Shown: positions 27,521 through 37,546 of the stretch, piece by piece
Numbering within the stretch: position 1 is the stretch's first letter
Layout: every line of letters starts with the position of its first letter
IMG/VR virus record: IMGVR_UViG_3300036719_006047
Location: 1 to 64,000 of that record
Source: a virus
Strand: one strand, 5' to 3'
DNA length: 64,000 nt
Position numbers and translations under genes: made by a program
Notes under the pieces: generated by a model
Database searches by the model: none
What the model was told of the DNA's origin: nothing
Seen by the model: only the letters and a program-made list of their open reading frames with translations

Positions 27521-28813
27521 TCACCGCATTTGAGCTACGTGTGAGCTCGCTATCGGATGGTTGTTGGTGACGCTGTGCCTCGACACGATCGTAGTCGAGA
27601 ACGACTTCGCATTTTCCCTCAACTGCCCCAAGATGCGCGATACCGCCGGCACCGTGTTTGATGCCACAACAGCGATGCGGGGCTGATTTACAGAAGATAC
27701 GTTTTCTTGCGTTACAACGCCTGCAATCTCTTCCGACAGCTGCGCCATCCGTAAAATCTCTTTGGCGTCGCTTTCAGGGAGAGAAGTAACGACAAAAACA
27801 CTGCCCTTCTGCCTCATGTCTCTCAGGTAAGACAGAGTGCGCGGGCGAACGATCAGAGAATACTTTTTGTTGTTTAGCCTAACGGTCCTGTTGCGCCTCA
27901 ACTGCTCGAGCGTGTTCTCGTAGCTGGTCAGCAGTGATGAAGACAATCCGCTCCCGCTGGTCGAGCGACTGTTGTTCATGTCAGCTCTGCGCTGATTGAT
28001 CAACTCCCTGATGTGCACAGCCGGGTCGATTTCGTTGTGCTCGCCGCTCACAGATTCTGACCAAGGCAGCAAAGAGACCAAAACTTCTTCGAGCTGAACG
28101 AACTGGGGCATGCTTTTGGGATTTTCCGCCGCAAGGGTTTCGTAAGGCAAACCCATCGTGACGCCAAAATCCTCCGCCTCTTGTGAGAGGGTAACCACCT
28201 CTGACGCTGTGTCGTCGAACACTTGCATCATCTTCGCGGAAGGCTCTTTTTCGGCCAAAATGCTATTGATGCTGCGACCGTACTTCTTGATAAACTCTTC
28301 CCGAGACAGAGGATCGATCTTCTCGTCCTTCTGCTTCGCCCAGAAAGCATGGGCGCGCTTGCTTCTCGCTCTGCTGGGGTAGAGACTTTCGTCAAGGTAA
28401 GTCGACATGACGTCGTACAGGAGAGGGCCGTAGCCCTTGGCCGCCACCGCGCTCAGCACAACCCACTTGCCTGAGTTGTTGCTCAAGAAAGCGACCATTG
28501 AAGCCACGAGCTTCTCTGCCGCAGAGCCGACAGAGTTGTCCCAGATGTACACGGTCGCAAATGCTCTTGTGTTCGACCGGGTGTCGTCTTGCTCTTCAAC
28601 GTTCACCCAGGCCTGAATGTCGCTTGACGGCTGAACGATGGGGTTACCACGCACGAACATCACTTCTCTGCTGCGGGGATTTTCCGCGATGTACTTTGTC
28701 TTGTGTGAAGGACAGCAAAAATGAACTGGTTCCCCTGATTGAGAGAGAACGCCGTACAACTCAGGGTTGCGAACCGCTACAGGCTTTCCAGAAATAGGGC
28801 AAGTCGCGCTCAT
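27521..28813 (-). CDS. Multidomain protein: YHS/TRASH-like N-terminus plus GNAT-like central domain
   Basis: CPISGKPV...VHFCCPSHKTKY; SAVAAKGYGPLLYDV...S..A..FW acetyltransferase-like motif; four x-x-NP motifs. Confidence 0.6.
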   Translation of the reverse strand: MSATCPISGKPVAVRNPELYGVLSQSGEPVHFCCPSHKTKYIAENPRSREVMFVRGNPIVQPSSDIQAWVNVEEQDDTRSNTRAFATVYIWDNSVGSAAEKLVASMVAFLSNNSGKWVVLSAVAAKGYGPLLYDVMSTYLDESLYPSRARSKRAHAFWAKQKDEKIDPLSREEFIKKYGRSINSILAEKEPSAKMMQVFDDTASEVVTLSQEAEDFGVTMGLPYETLAAENPKSMPQFVQLEEVLVSLLPWSESVSGEHNEIDPAVHIRELINQRRADMNNSRSTSGSGLSSSLLTSYENTLEQLRRNRTVRLNNKKYSLIVRPRTLSYLRDMRQKGSVFVVTSLPESDAKEILRMAQLSEEIAGVVTQENVSSVNQPRIAVVASNTVPAVSRILGQLRENAKSFSTTIVSRHSVTNNHPIASSHVAQMR

Positions 28814-28815
28814 GC

Positions 28816-29319
28816 TTAATCATTCTCCGCTTTGATCACGCCTCCGAGCACTCGGCCCCCAGAGCCGCCATTGACTTCGGGCGTGTCTGAATAGTTATCG
28901 TAGCCGCCGTGGATGATCAAGGATCTTCCGATAATGTCTGCGGGCACAACTCTGTTCGCTGCGACTGTCTGCAAACAAACACCATTTTTGTTGAAGTGCA
29001 GCCTCGGCAAGTCGCCTACATGACCTTTCCCGAAAGGGCCTTGATGGCTCTTGGTGTTGTAGGGATCGTAGTGATCTTTCGCGGCAAGTCCAGAAGTAAA
29101 CTGACCTTTATTGTTCTTTTCGGGAGCCAAGTTGCCGACTTCGTGGATGTGAAAGCCATACTCGCCGTTCTTGAACTGACTGCAAACAATACCGACGTCG
29201 AACAAAGTGCCTTTCGTGTGCAAAGAGTGAACAGGTTTGATGCACACGCAGCCGACCCACTTCAGCATATACTCAGCCGGACAATTCGAGAGAAGGTACA
29301 TGTTTGCGTAGATTCGCAT
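28816..29319 (-). CDS. sodC: Cu/Zn superoxide dismutase
   Basis: GFHIHE, HYDP, SHQG, GHVGDLP, GRSLIIH, DNY, GGSGGR: full metal-ligand set and active-site Arg. Confidence 0.92.
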   Translation of the reverse strand: MRIYANMYLLSNCPAEYMLKWVGCVCIKPVHSLHTKGTLFDVGIVCSQFKNGEYGFHIHEVGNLAPEKNNKGQFTSGLAAKDHYDPYNTKSHQGPFGKGHVGDLPRLHFNKNGVCLQTVAANRVVPADIIGRSLIIHGGYDNYSDTPEVNGGSGGRVLGGVIKAEND

Positions 29320-29322
29320 AGC

Positions 29323-29574
29323 TCAGTCCGCCCGGCTTTCGACAGCTTTCTTTTTCTCGACTTCGATCAGAACTTCTTGAACCTCTGCCCAGGCCGCTGC
29401 TTCAGATTCTGTATGCTCGGTCTGCATAGTAGCTACTCTGACTGTCAGCTCTTCTATGCGCTCTTGCTTCGTCTCAATCTGCGTCACCATGTGCAGCAGC
29501 ATCAGCAGCCACAACGCAGGAAGAACAAACCACGGCAGAGGAAAGTTGACCAGCTCTTTTGCCATCTCAGTCAC
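29323..29574 (-). CDS. Small membrane protein (N-terminal TM plus coiled coil)
   Basis: FPLPWFVLPALWLLMLLHM followed by heptads. Confidence 0.65.
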   Translation of the reverse strand: MTEMAKELVNFPLPWFVLPALWLLMLLHMVTQIETKQERIEELTVRVATMQTEHTESEAAAWAEVQEVLIEVEKKKAVESRAD

Positions 29575-29806
29575 GGCCGCACCCCGGACAACGGATGTCG
29601 TTTGCTTCGCAGATCAGGCACTTGACTCGCTCGATCTGCTCGATGTTCGCCGCTTCTGTTGCAGAGACCCTCTTCTCCAAGGTCGAGACAGCTTCTTCGA
29701 GATCATCGAGCCTGTATTGCATCACAGCCCAAGTCCCGATGACTCCGGTAAAGTTCACCCCCATGCTCACGAGCATAAGAAGTGTCTTTGTGTCTATGCG
29801 TTCCAT
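29567..29806 (-). CDS. Small membrane protein (TM, coiled coil, C-terminal Cys cluster)
   Basis: Likely start ATG 29806 (MERIDTKTLLMLVSMG); ends CLICEANDIRCPGC. Confidence 0.6.
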   Translation of the reverse strand: MERIDTKTLLMLVSMGVNFTGVIGTWAVMQYRLDDLEEAVSTLEKRVSATEAANIEQIERVKCLICEANDIRCPGCGRD

Positions 29807-29892
29807 CAAGGCCCCTTGCGGCTTGCAGGAACCGTAATAGCACTGGTCTTTGCTCAGTACGAACAAGGTCGGATCAACCAAGTGCTACAGCG

Positions 29893-30570
29893 TCAATCAC
29901 CTTCTTCCTTGCCTGCTGCTTGCACCGCCATAACGATCAAGCCGACAACAGTGCCTGCCCCCAAAAACGCGACAGCAGCTCTCTTCTTGTTGTCTTTGCT
30001 CGAGAATTTGTAGGCCGCGATGCCACCCACGATCCCGGCCGCTGTCCCTGCGCCGATTGCAGCAGGCAGCGCGTCGATTGGGATGAAGTCAGAAGCAGCG
30101 TTGAGCGCGGCCGCTGCTTCCGCGTTGTAGATGACCAAGTTGTTGAACAACGTCGGGTTGAAGTTCACTTCGACGTGATGTTCATCTTTCGTCTTCTTGT
30201 AGTCTCCGCCCCACCTCAGCCCCATGGGGCCTACTTTCGCGCGAATGGCTTGAGCTTGCTCGGGCGTGACAGTTCCTGAAGCCCCGAACGGGTGCTTGCT
30301 CCAGTTGATATCGACCGCCGTGCCAGACGAGTGATTGCTGAGCTTCCCGGTGCCTTCTTTGCCTTTGATTTCGCGGAAGTTGTGGCCTCCGATCTCAGTC
30401 ACGGGCTCGATGTTCTTGTCCCACCATTCAGCCACTTCGACAAGACTCGGGCCCGCAGAGCGAGCAAAGTAGACTGTTTTTACGCCAGAAGAAAGAACCA
30501 CCGAAAACGGGATGACGTCGATAGCAGCTCGGTCCTTTGCGGCGGGCCAGCCGTTCTGTGAGACGCTCAT
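29893..30570 (-). CDS. M15-family (L-Ala-D-Glu/VanY-like) peptidase with C-terminal TM helices
   Basis: Start ATG 30570 (ATGA overlap); SQNGWP, SNHSSGTAVDIN, WGGDY..DEHH. Confidence 0.8.
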   Translation of the reverse strand: MSVSQNGWPAAKDRAAIDVIPFSVVLSSGVKTVYFARSAGPSLVEVAEWWDKNIEPVTEIGGHNFREIKGKEGTGKLSNHSSGTAVDINWSKHPFGASGTVTPEQAQAIRAKVGPMGLRWGGDYKKTKDEHHVEVNFNPTLFNNLVIYNAEAAAALNAASDFIPIDALPAAIGAGTAAGIVGGIAAYKFSSKDNKKRAAVAFLGAGTVVGLIVMAVQAAGKEEGD

Positions 30571-31160
30571 GCTCTGTCCTTCTTCTTGCGTCTTCTCCTT
30601 AACGCCAAGAACACGACACCGACTACAGTAGACACTCCCGCAAAGACAATCCCGAGCGTCCGCAGCGGGTGAACTTCGGCGTAGGTCTGCAACACAGGCA
30701 GGATGGTTGCATCTTCCGGTATCCAGCGCGTGTAGTTGCTGCCCTCTTTCTTTGCTGTGTAAAAAGCTTTTCTGGGGGCTCCGCTTACACAACCTACAGC
30801 CCCAGTCGGGCAGATTCCGACGTGGACGTGACTTGTGTCCGTGTACCAGATCACTTGATCGAGTTCGGGGAATGACTCTTGGTACTGCCACAACCAAGTC
30901 GCGAACTCTTTGTTCGACATGGTGTTCGGACTGAGGTCAATCGCGAGCCCCTGCATGTGCTGGCTTGATTTCGCGCCCCCTACGGCTGCGTTCACTGTGG
31001 GTGATCTGTATACAGAGTTGATGCGAAATGAGTGCGGGATCTTCGCTAAAAAATCAACCATCAAGTTCAGATTGTTTCTGTGCGCATCGGTTGCCGGCTC
31101 ATTCGACAACCCTCGCGAACTCGCGGTCGCAGAGACTGTGAGATCGCTGAGCGAGAACAT
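30567..31160 (-). CDS. M15A-family Zn peptidase with C-terminal TM anchor
   Basis: INSVYRSPTVNAAVGGAKSSQHMQGLAID, HVHVG; TM followed by RRRRKKK. Confidence 0.85.
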   Translation of the reverse strand: MFSLSDLTVSATASSRGLSNEPATDAHRNNLNLMVDFLAKIPHSFRINSVYRSPTVNAAVGGAKSSQHMQGLAIDLSPNTMSNKEFATWLWQYQESFPELDQVIWYTDTSHVHVGICPTGAVGCVSGAPRKAFYTAKKEGSNYTRWIPEDATILPVLQTYAEVHPLRTLGIVFAGVSTVVGVVFLALRRRRKKKDRA

Positions 31161-31162
31161 GC

Positions 31163-31579
31163 TCAGTCCGCCAATACGATAGCGGTAGAATAGTCAGATC
31201 TCACAAGGAAGAACGTCGTATGCTTGGTCTTGCCCTTTGTAATCGCAAGCTCGAAGATCATGTCTCCTGGCTTCGCGTTGATGGCGCCGAGCTCTTCAGA
31301 CTCAACAGTTTCAGGTGCGGCGAGAACTCGGTAAGAAGCAGTCTTCGCCAAGTTGATGTCTGCCTGAGACACACCCAGCTCGGCCAAACGTTTTTTCGCC
31401 AGAGCTAAGGCCCTGTCTTTGGTTGCTTCTGCACTACCGTCGGCTGGGTCGAAATACCCTTGACTGTAGGCGTAAACCAAGCCGCTCACACCCAACAGCA
31501 CGGCCACTCCGAGCAAGACGTGAACAGCAGAAGGGTTTTCCTTCGCCTCTTCTACTTCTTCCTCGATGTAGTACATCAC
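31163..31579 (-). CDS. Single-pass membrane protein
   Basis: AKENP followed by AVHVLLGVAVLLGVSGLVYAY. Confidence 0.65.
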   Translation of the reverse strand: MMYYIEEEVEEAKENPSAVHVLLGVAVLLGVSGLVYAYSQGYFDPADGSAEATKDRALALAKKRLAELGVSQADINLAKTASYRVLAAPETVESEELGAINAKPGDMIFELAITKGKTKHTTFFLVRSDYSTAIVLAD

Positions 31580-31977
31580 ACACCCCGTTGCTTAAGCAGG
31601 TAGGCGAAGGTGTCGAGGCGATCGTTGAGGTCGTTCAAGTAGTTCTCGAGACCCGTCGTGCTCTCTGTGTTCGCTGTCGGGAGGAGTGATACGCAGTTGT
31701 CGCTCAGCTGCTGCGCCTGCTTGATGAGCTTGTGCAGCGACACAGAAGTTGTCATGTCGGCAGACATAGCTTGCGGATCAACTGCTCCCGTGTAAGCCAC
31801 GATGCGCTCACCGAGGGCGTCAATCGACTTGTCGATCTTGTCGTAGATTCTCTCGTAGAGGAGGTGATCCCCATAGGAGTTTTGCCCGGCCGCGTTCCAG
31901 TGGAGAACCCAGCCCCTCATCTTGATGCTGACGAGGGAACGCAGCAACTTGTGCAGCGCGACAGACAGATCACTCAT
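31576..31977 (-). CDS. Dps/ferritin-like four-helix protein
   Basis: Start ATG 31977 (ATGA overlap); LHWN..G.....HLLYERIYD.....D..GER ferroxidase-type pattern. Confidence 0.75.
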   Translation of the reverse strand: MSDLSVALHKLLRSLVSIKMRGWVLHWNAAGQNSYGDHLLYERIYDKIDKSIDALGERIVAYTGAVDPQAMSADMTTSVSLHKLIKQAQQLSDNCVSLLPTANTESTTGLENYLNDLNDRLDTFAYLLKQRGV

Positions 31978-32288
31978 CTTGCACTCCGGGCTGTGTCCCA
32001 CACGTTCTTCATCTTGCGAAGAACGCTGAGCTTGAACTGTTGGTCTTGTGCCATCTTGCTTTGCGCGCTGTCGACCTCTAAGCCGTTGTCAACGTATTGA
32101 CACAGCTTGTCCGGATTCGCGGCCAAGTGCTTCTTGAGTTCTTCGGCTGCTGCCCGCTCTAAGGGCTTTTTCGATTTCAGCATCTTTTCGATGACAGGTG
32201 ATGCTTTTCGGATCGCGACAGCGAGTTTCTCCTCGTCTGTCATCTCACCACGAAGCGAAGTCATCGACTTGTACGGATTGTACGCCAT
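31974..32288 (-). CDS. Hypothetical protein
   Basis: Likely start ATG 32288 (MAYNPYKS). Confidence 0.6.
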   Translation of the reverse strand: MAYNPYKSMTSLRGEMTDEEKLAVAIRKASPVIEKMLKSKKPLERAAAEELKKHLAANPDKLCQYVDNGLEVDSAQSKMAQDQQFKLSVLRKMKNVWDTARSAR

Positions 32289-32293
32289 GGTTC

Positions 32294-33157
32294 TCAGTCT
32301 TCTCCTCTGACTGTTTTGGCAGTCTTCTTTACTTGTTTCACTACCACGCGAAGGGCGACAAGACCCACCACAACGCCCGTTGCGATACCGATGCCCTTCC
32401 AAATCCGCACAGAAGTGCAGTAGTTCGGAAGCAAGTTCCCTGGGAAAGTATCTTCGCACTTGGGCGGAGGCGGCTCATTCGCCTCTGTCTTTTCATTTTC
32501 TGACTGCTCCGCCTTGACATCAGCTGCCGCCATCGCCTGCCCTTCGTCGGAAGCTCCACGAGATAGAATGCCTTGGACGGAGGCGAAAACAGAATTGGCT
32601 CTCGCTTCAGGGTCTTCGTCAGAGGCGTACTGACGCACAGCGTTGAGTGCTGCTGAATAGATGTCTTTTGTCTGATTCGTTCTGTTGATTGCGCCTTCTG
32701 TCAATCCTTCTGTTTTACCCTGCTTCGCCCACTTGGACCCCATGTCGAGGAGTCTCTCCCGACCTTGGCTATCGCTGGAACAAGCTCTTCCTGCAACGCC
32801 CAACCAATATGCTGACTTCAGGCGAGCTCCTGCTTCTGTGGCTGAGGGCCTTTCCATTTCAGCCTTCGCCGACAACTGGTTGATGTTTTTTAGGGGGCCA
32901 GCGTACGAATTCCACAACCAAGGATCTGCCATGTCTATTGCGTGACTGTACCAAATTTCTGTGTTCGGCTCGATTTGAGTCTTTCCGGCAACCGCAGCAG
33001 AAGACAAGGCAGATAGCTTAGACAAAACATTCATGGCAGTAAAAAATCCGTAGTTTCCTCTTGTACTGTATACAGGGTAGCCTTCAACTCCAGCCGAATA
33101 AATCGACGGCTGGAATACAGCGAAGCTTCTTTCGCGGAAGTTCTGAGGTTTGGTCAC
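32294..33157 (-). CDS. Tail-anchored membrane protein
   Basis: ORF 32294..33208; probable GTG start 33157 after GAGG; C-terminal TM WKGIGIATGVVVGLVALRVVV plus basic tail. Confidence 0.65.
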   Translation of the reverse strand: MTKPQNFRERSFAVFQPSIYSAGVEGYPVYSTRGNYGFFTAMNVLSKLSALSSAAVAGKTQIEPNTEIWYSHAIDMADPWLWNSYAGPLKNINQLSAKAEMERPSATEAGARLKSAYWLGVAGRACSSDSQGRERLLDMGSKWAKQGKTEGLTEGAINRTNQTKDIYSAALNAVRQYASDEDPEARANSVFASVQGILSRGASDEGQAMAAADVKAEQSENEKTEANEPPPPKCEDTFPGNLLPNYCTSVRIWKGIGIATGVVVGLVALRVVVKQVKKTAKTVRGED

Positions 33158-33183
33158 GGAAGCCTCGGGCTGTTGGCGCAGGT

Positions 33184-34524
<1,341 letters not shown>

Positions 34525-34607
34525 AAGACACCTCTATTTGCTGTTTAGCGCCGTAGCACACATTACAGCGGGGGCACGAACAACGCCAGTGACTACTGCT
34601 GTTTGTA

Positions 34608-36368
34608 GTGCTACAGCGGTTTGCGAGGTGTTCTGTGCGTCACCAAAACACATTTACAGCTAACTTCATTCTCGTTCCTTACGCGCCTTCCCGGCGAAAC
34701 CCTGAGCGAGTCCTGTCTCCTGACCAAGCTTCTGCCGTAGAAGACATCAAAAATCTCATTTTAGCGCACTTCGAAAACAAAGCTCCGAAAGAGCACTTGG
34801 CGCTGGTCCTGACGGGCCCGGCAGGCACAGGCAAGACCACGATTGTAGATGCTCTCGTGAAACAGCTCGGGGATGCTGCTATCTTCTCGTATGCAGCTCC
34901 TACAGGAAAAGCTGCTGTCCGCTTGGCCGAATCGGTAGGCCAAGAAGCCCAGACGCTGCATCAGGTCATCTATGGCGCTCCGACAGAGCTGGGGCGCTGC
35001 CCGAAGTGCAACAAGTTCTCACAAGAGCTGGGCGTCTCGCAGAAAGAGGCGAAGCAGGCGGGAGGCTACAAGTGCCCCTCTTGCTCAGCTCGCTATCCCG
35101 CTACCAGTACATTCGAAACAAAGCTCGGCTTCGCGAAAGCGGACAGAGAGAAGGCAGCAGTCACCCAAGGCCCGCGTCCTCTCTTGATCGTGGACGAATC
35201 CTCCATGATCGGGCCTCAGATCTACGATGACTTGCTCGAAGCCACTCCCGTCACCACTCCGATCTTGTTTGTCGGTGACCGGGAACAGCTCGAGCCTGTT
35301 TTGTCGGCAGAAGAGAAGAGCAAGTACCCGGGCCAAATCTGGGGTCCCGACTTGGCTTCTCCGACGCAGAACCTCACTCAGATTCACAGGCAAGCTGCAG
35401 GCAGCCCCATCATCAACCTGGCGACGCGGGTACGCCTGGGCAAGAACGCTCATTCTCCCTTTGCACTTGATCCGGGTTTTTCGGGTTCATCTGATCTCGT
35501 GGTGCGGCGAGGAAGAGCACTTGACGCGGCCAAGTGGATCGCGGACATGCGAAAAAACCGACAGGATGCTACTGTTTTGGCTTTCACGAACAAAGAGTGC
35601 GCGGACGTCAACAGGGAAGCGAGAAAGTTGTTGGGTCTCGACGAAAAGAGCTACGCGGAATCTGTGGCAGCCGTGCGGTCCGACAGACTTCTGGTTTTGC
35701 GCAACAACCGTGGCTACGGCCGAATGAACGGAGAAGTGCTCGTCGTCAATGCTTCTTTCCGAGGCCCTGTTGTAGAAGGACAAGCAACCACATGGGTGCA
35801 GTTTATCGATTCGCCTGAGTGGGTGCTCACGGCCAACTCTCTTTACGGTCAGACGTCGCCGCAGGAGCGGCAGTCCGCGCAGAACAACATTCAATTCGAC
35901 TTCCAGGCGCCATTGGGGTCTTGGATCTCATACGTCAAGTCCATTGCGAAATCTGATGAAAACAAAGCATATGGCGTGAAGCCTGTTGACACTGAGTATT
36001 ACGACATCCTCGCGAAAGCTGGCACAGCAGACCGCAACGTGGCAGAGTCGGCTGGCCTCAGGGACAAGAAAGCGAAGAAGACGCTCGCTCAGTACGACGA
36101 GATGGCTAAGATTTTCGCAGTGCCTGATGCAGTCGAAGAGATCTACGCGAAGACAGGAATGCTCGCCGCAGACTTGCTCTTCGTCGATTACGGGCAGTGT
36201 CTTACGGTGCACAAGAGCCAAGGGTCTCAATGGAATTATGTCGCACTTCTCGCGGGGTACGCGTTCCACAAAGCTTGGGAGAATCCTGCCTCTTCCGAAA
36301 GCATGCGCAGATGGTTATACACTGCCGTCACTCGAGCGGCGAAGAAGTTGATCGTCTTCGCTGGGTGA
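34608..36368 (+). CDS. RecD/Dda-like SF1B helicase with Zn-finger insertion
   Basis: TGPAGTGKTT, APTGKAA, TLHQ, VDESSM, VGDREQL, LTQIHRQ, TVHKSQGSQW, YTAVTRA; CPKC...CPSC insert; start uncertain (GTG). Confidence 0.88.
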   Translation: MLQRFARCSVRHQNTFTANFILVPYAPSRRNPERVLSPDQASAVEDIKNLILAHFENKAPKEHLALVLTGPAGTGKTTIVDALVKQLGDAAIFSYAAPTGKAAVRLAESVGQEAQTLHQVIYGAPTELGRCPKCNKFSQELGVSQKEAKQAGGYKCPSCSARYPATSTFETKLGFAKADREKAAVTQGPRPLLIVDESSMIGPQIYDDLLEATPVTTPILFVGDREQLEPVLSAEEKSKYPGQIWGPDLASPTQNLTQIHRQAAGSPIINLATRVRLGKNAHSPFALDPGFSGSSDLVVRRGRALDAAKWIADMRKNRQDATVLAFTNKECADVNREARKLLGLDEKSYAESVAAVRSDRLLVLRNNRGYGRMNGEVLVVNASFRGPVVEGQATTWVQFIDSPEWVLTANSLYGQTSPQERQSAQNNIQFDFQAPLGSWISYVKSIAKSDENKAYGVKPVDTEYYDILAKAGTADRNVAESAGLRDKKAKKTLAQYDEMAKIFAVPDAVEEIYAKTGMLAADLLFVDYGQCLTVHKSQGSQWNYVALLAGYAFHKAWENPASSESMRRWLYTAVTRAAKKLIVFAG

Positions 36369-37057
36369 CAGGAAATACCTTGAACCCTGCTTCTACAGAA
36401 CAAGTCGCTTTTCTGAGCTCGAGCTTTGTCGAGGGGAACAGCATTGCCCCCATCGAGGCGAAACGCTTCTCCTCGGTGAAGTTCTTTCAGTGTCGCTGGA
36501 ACTCACTGAGCTTCTCTAAATCGGCCTTCGTTGGCGCCACCTTCACGAACTGCACTTTCGTTAAGTGTGATTTCCGCGATACTTTCTTCGACGGATGTAC
36601 TTTTCAGAACTGCACATTCGCTGAGTGCTTGTTCTACGATAGCTTTTTCAGCTTGTGCATGTATGACAAGCTCCGCTTGGAGCAATGCCAATTTGAAGGC
36701 AATGCTTTCTTGTCGTCTTTGATCGACTGCAACCAGCTCACTGAAAATAACTTGAAGCTGATCGACTGCTCGTTCAATATCTACCCGTTCGCTTTCGTTC
36801 GAGAGGACGGTAGTTGCGTTCGGTTCAGCAAACTCGCGCCCGTCCAGATGGTGTTCTTGTGGACCATGGCGGGGCTCGGGTTCAAGATGCGCCGCGTAAA
36901 TGACGACTTCATCGTCTTTGGGGCGCCATCAAGTCTATCGAAATCAGGGTTTACCTATGTTCTTTTCGACAGAGAGAAGCTAAAACTGGTTTCCTTGGCC
37001 AAGCTGGGTAATGTCTCATTTTCTGTTGTGGCCGCGATCAACGACATGAAAAAGTAG
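36365..37057 (+). CDS. Pentapeptide-repeat protein (F/C-rich type)
   Basis: GTGA overlap with helicase stop; repeats such as FTNCTFVKCDFRDTFFDGCTFQNCTF. Confidence 0.75.
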   Translation: MTGNTLNPASTEQVAFLSSSFVEGNSIAPIEAKRFSSVKFFQCRWNSLSFSKSAFVGATFTNCTFVKCDFRDTFFDGCTFQNCTFAECLFYDSFFSLCMYDKLRLEQCQFEGNAFLSSLIDCNQLTENNLKLIDCSFNIYPFAFVREDGSCVRFSKLAPVQMVFLWTMAGLGFKMRRVNDDFIVFGAPSSLSKSGFTYVLFDREKLKLVSLAKLGNVSFSVVAAINDMKK

Positions 37058-37059
37058 CT

Positions 37060-37545
37060 TTATCTCTTTAACCGCAAGCGTAGCATCTTTATTGCTATTC
37101 TTTCGGGACCGTCGGGTACTGCAATGATAGATACTTCTTTCCATCCCTTCCTTTCTATGAAAGAGATACCCTTTGTCTCTTTCAGGTAAGCCCATTTCAG
37201 TTGTGTTTCTGCCATGTAGGCGTTTGTGAAGTCGCAACTCTCCAAATCAGTATATTCCATATCGGTTCCGCGCAAAATCGCATTGCTAAAGTCAGCTTCA
37301 GGAAACACAGAGCCCATGAAGTTTACGCCGCTAAAGTCACCGCCGCTCAGGTTCAATCCTGTGGAGTAGTTCTGCCCTGAAAGGGCAATGAGGGATTGAA
37401 TCATCCATCCCACATTTGCTTTCCGAAAAAAATCTGCCATGGGCGGATTATTTTCGTTATTTTGCGCAGCTTTTCGGCAGCCCGCAGCGTACTCCACCAG
37501 AGCTTTTTCTGCCTCTGGCTGAGCTCTCGTGTTGAGCTTTTTCAC
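37060..37545 (-). CDS. Short pentapeptide-repeat protein (not a member of the DPRV array)
   Basis: LNLSGGDFSGVNFMGSVFPEADFSNAILRGTDM. Confidence 0.7.
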   Translation of the reverse strand: MKKLNTRAQPEAEKALVEYAAGCRKAAQNNENNPPMADFFRKANVGWMIQSLIALSGQNYSTGLNLSGGDFSGVNFMGSVFPEADFSNAILRGTDMEYTDLESCDFTNAYMAETQLKWAYLKETKGISFIERKGWKEVSIIAVPDGPERIAIKMLRLRLKR

Positions 37546-37546
37546 C

